Assembly: GCA_964658305.1 (NCBI GenBank)
Contig: OZ210884.1
Location: forward strand, 5,394,001 to 5,458,000
Origin: Leptogorgia sarmentosa
Taxonomy: Eukaryota
Direction: 5' to 3'
DNA: 64,000 bases
The notes under the pieces are model-generated. The model was given only the letters and a program-made list of their open reading frames with translations. It was not told where the DNA came from and made no database searches. The stretch's first letter is position 1. Each line of letters opens with the position of its first letter. A program made the position numbers and the translations under genes. Shown piece after piece: positions 63,026 to 64,000 of this stretch.

Positions 63026-63988
63026 TCATCTCCATCGACTGCAAATGACTCCTACAAGGTAGCGATAACAATTCCTGTACTCTTTTTGCCTCATGCTGTA
63101 AATTATTGGGTTTAAAATACAATTTACTACTACAAGGTCACCAGAAAAAACGAAGACACTTAGAGGAACATGTACACTAAACAAATCCCTTAGCAACACG
63201 TTGATCGAAAACGGAAGAAGACAGAATAAGAAGACCCCAACTACTATCAAGAAAGTTTTCACTGTTTTCATCTCCTTTTTGATACTAAAAGTGGAGCTCA
63301 TTTTCGTCGATGAATCTGACGTGAACGTCGTACTGTGATCGGTGATTGTATTTCCAACTCGGATCTTTCGAACGTGGGACCTTGCAAGTTTAAAAATTTT
63401 GTAATTACAGTAGCTGATAACACAGGTTGGCATGAAGACATAAATAAGAATTGCAACAAAGGAGACCGAAGGTGGACAGAAACATATAGCTCGTGTATCG
63501 GTGGGTTCTATGAATATTACAAATACCGGAAAATATAAGAAAGCACAAATCCAAGTGATGAAGAGAATTCCGTAGGTTCTTGGCCATGTCATCATCAATG
63601 GATATTTAAGCGGACGTGAGATGTAAAAGTAGCGATCCAACGTAATTGCCAATAATGTTAAGGTAGATACAAACATTGACACAAAACCTGTGGCGCTACT
63701 AAATTTACAGAAGAAATCCTCATTACTGGGCTTTTCTGACAATATCACAACAAACTCTGCAATCCATACGGGATAAACAGTCAAGCAAGTTGACAGGTCA
63801 GCAAAAGCCAAATTGGCAACAAAGTAAGTAGCTTGCGTTCTGTTGTTGTTCATGCAGAGATTATAAACAATAACGCCAACATTTCCCAGTATACCACAAA
63901 TCAAACAGAAACACTTTAAGACGATCAAGGCCACCAAAAACGTTGGGGGAAGAAGAATCTCCGACTCGGTTACGTTATTCCCATTCAT
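63026..63988 (-). CDS. Class A GPCR of amine/adenosine-receptor-like type, unrelated to the cluster
   Basis: 320 aa; N-glycosylation sequon NVT, GN, NLAFAD, TM3 Cys (FFCK), DRY, ECL2 Cys, CLLP, NPIIY. Confidence 0.93.
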   Translation of the reverse strand: MNGNNVTESEILLPPTFLVALIVLKCFCLICGILGNVGVIVYNLCMNNNRTQATYFVANLAFADLSTCLTVYPVWIAEFVVILSEKPSNEDFFCKFSSATGFVSMFVSTLTLLAITLDRYFYISRPLKYPLMMTWPRTYGILFITWICAFLYFPVFVIFIEPTDTRAICFCPPSVSFVAILIYVFMPTCVISYCNYKIFKLARSHVRKIRVGNTITDHSTTFTSDSSTKMSSTFSIKKEMKTVKTFLIVVGVFLFCLLPFSINVLLRDLFSVHVPLSVFVFSGDLVVVNCILNPIIYSMRQKEYRNCYRYLVGVICSRWR

Positions 63989-64000
63989 ATTTCTGTTTTT

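Overview
AT-rich animal genomic DNA with spliceosomal GT-AG introns; the repeat families and GPCR types suggest a cnidarian, possibly an octocoral (inference). From left to right: (1) about 8 kb of repeat-rich non-coding DNA. (2) An 8-exon, minus-strand VWA7-like type I membrane gene (HET-C-like domain + vWA + stalk + TM) with a +2 frameshift in exon 4, and an inverted plus-strand copy of exons 4-8 only, with an open frame, on the far side of exons 1-3. (3) A minus-strand cathepsin C gene with a tandemly duplicated catalytic last exon. Its ~19 kb first intron holds a ~17.3 kb foldback transposon whose right arm has expanded into a ~16.3 kb 16/18-bp satellite. (4) Four paralogous atypical class A GPCRs plus a relic fragment. 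(5) Between the inverted GPCR pair, a two-coding-exon TenA (thiaminase II)-family gene with a signal peptide and a furin-type propeptide. (6) An unrelated canonical class A GPCR. Many MITEs and palindromic repeats are scattered throughout. Exon boundaries were read by hand and no database searches were run.
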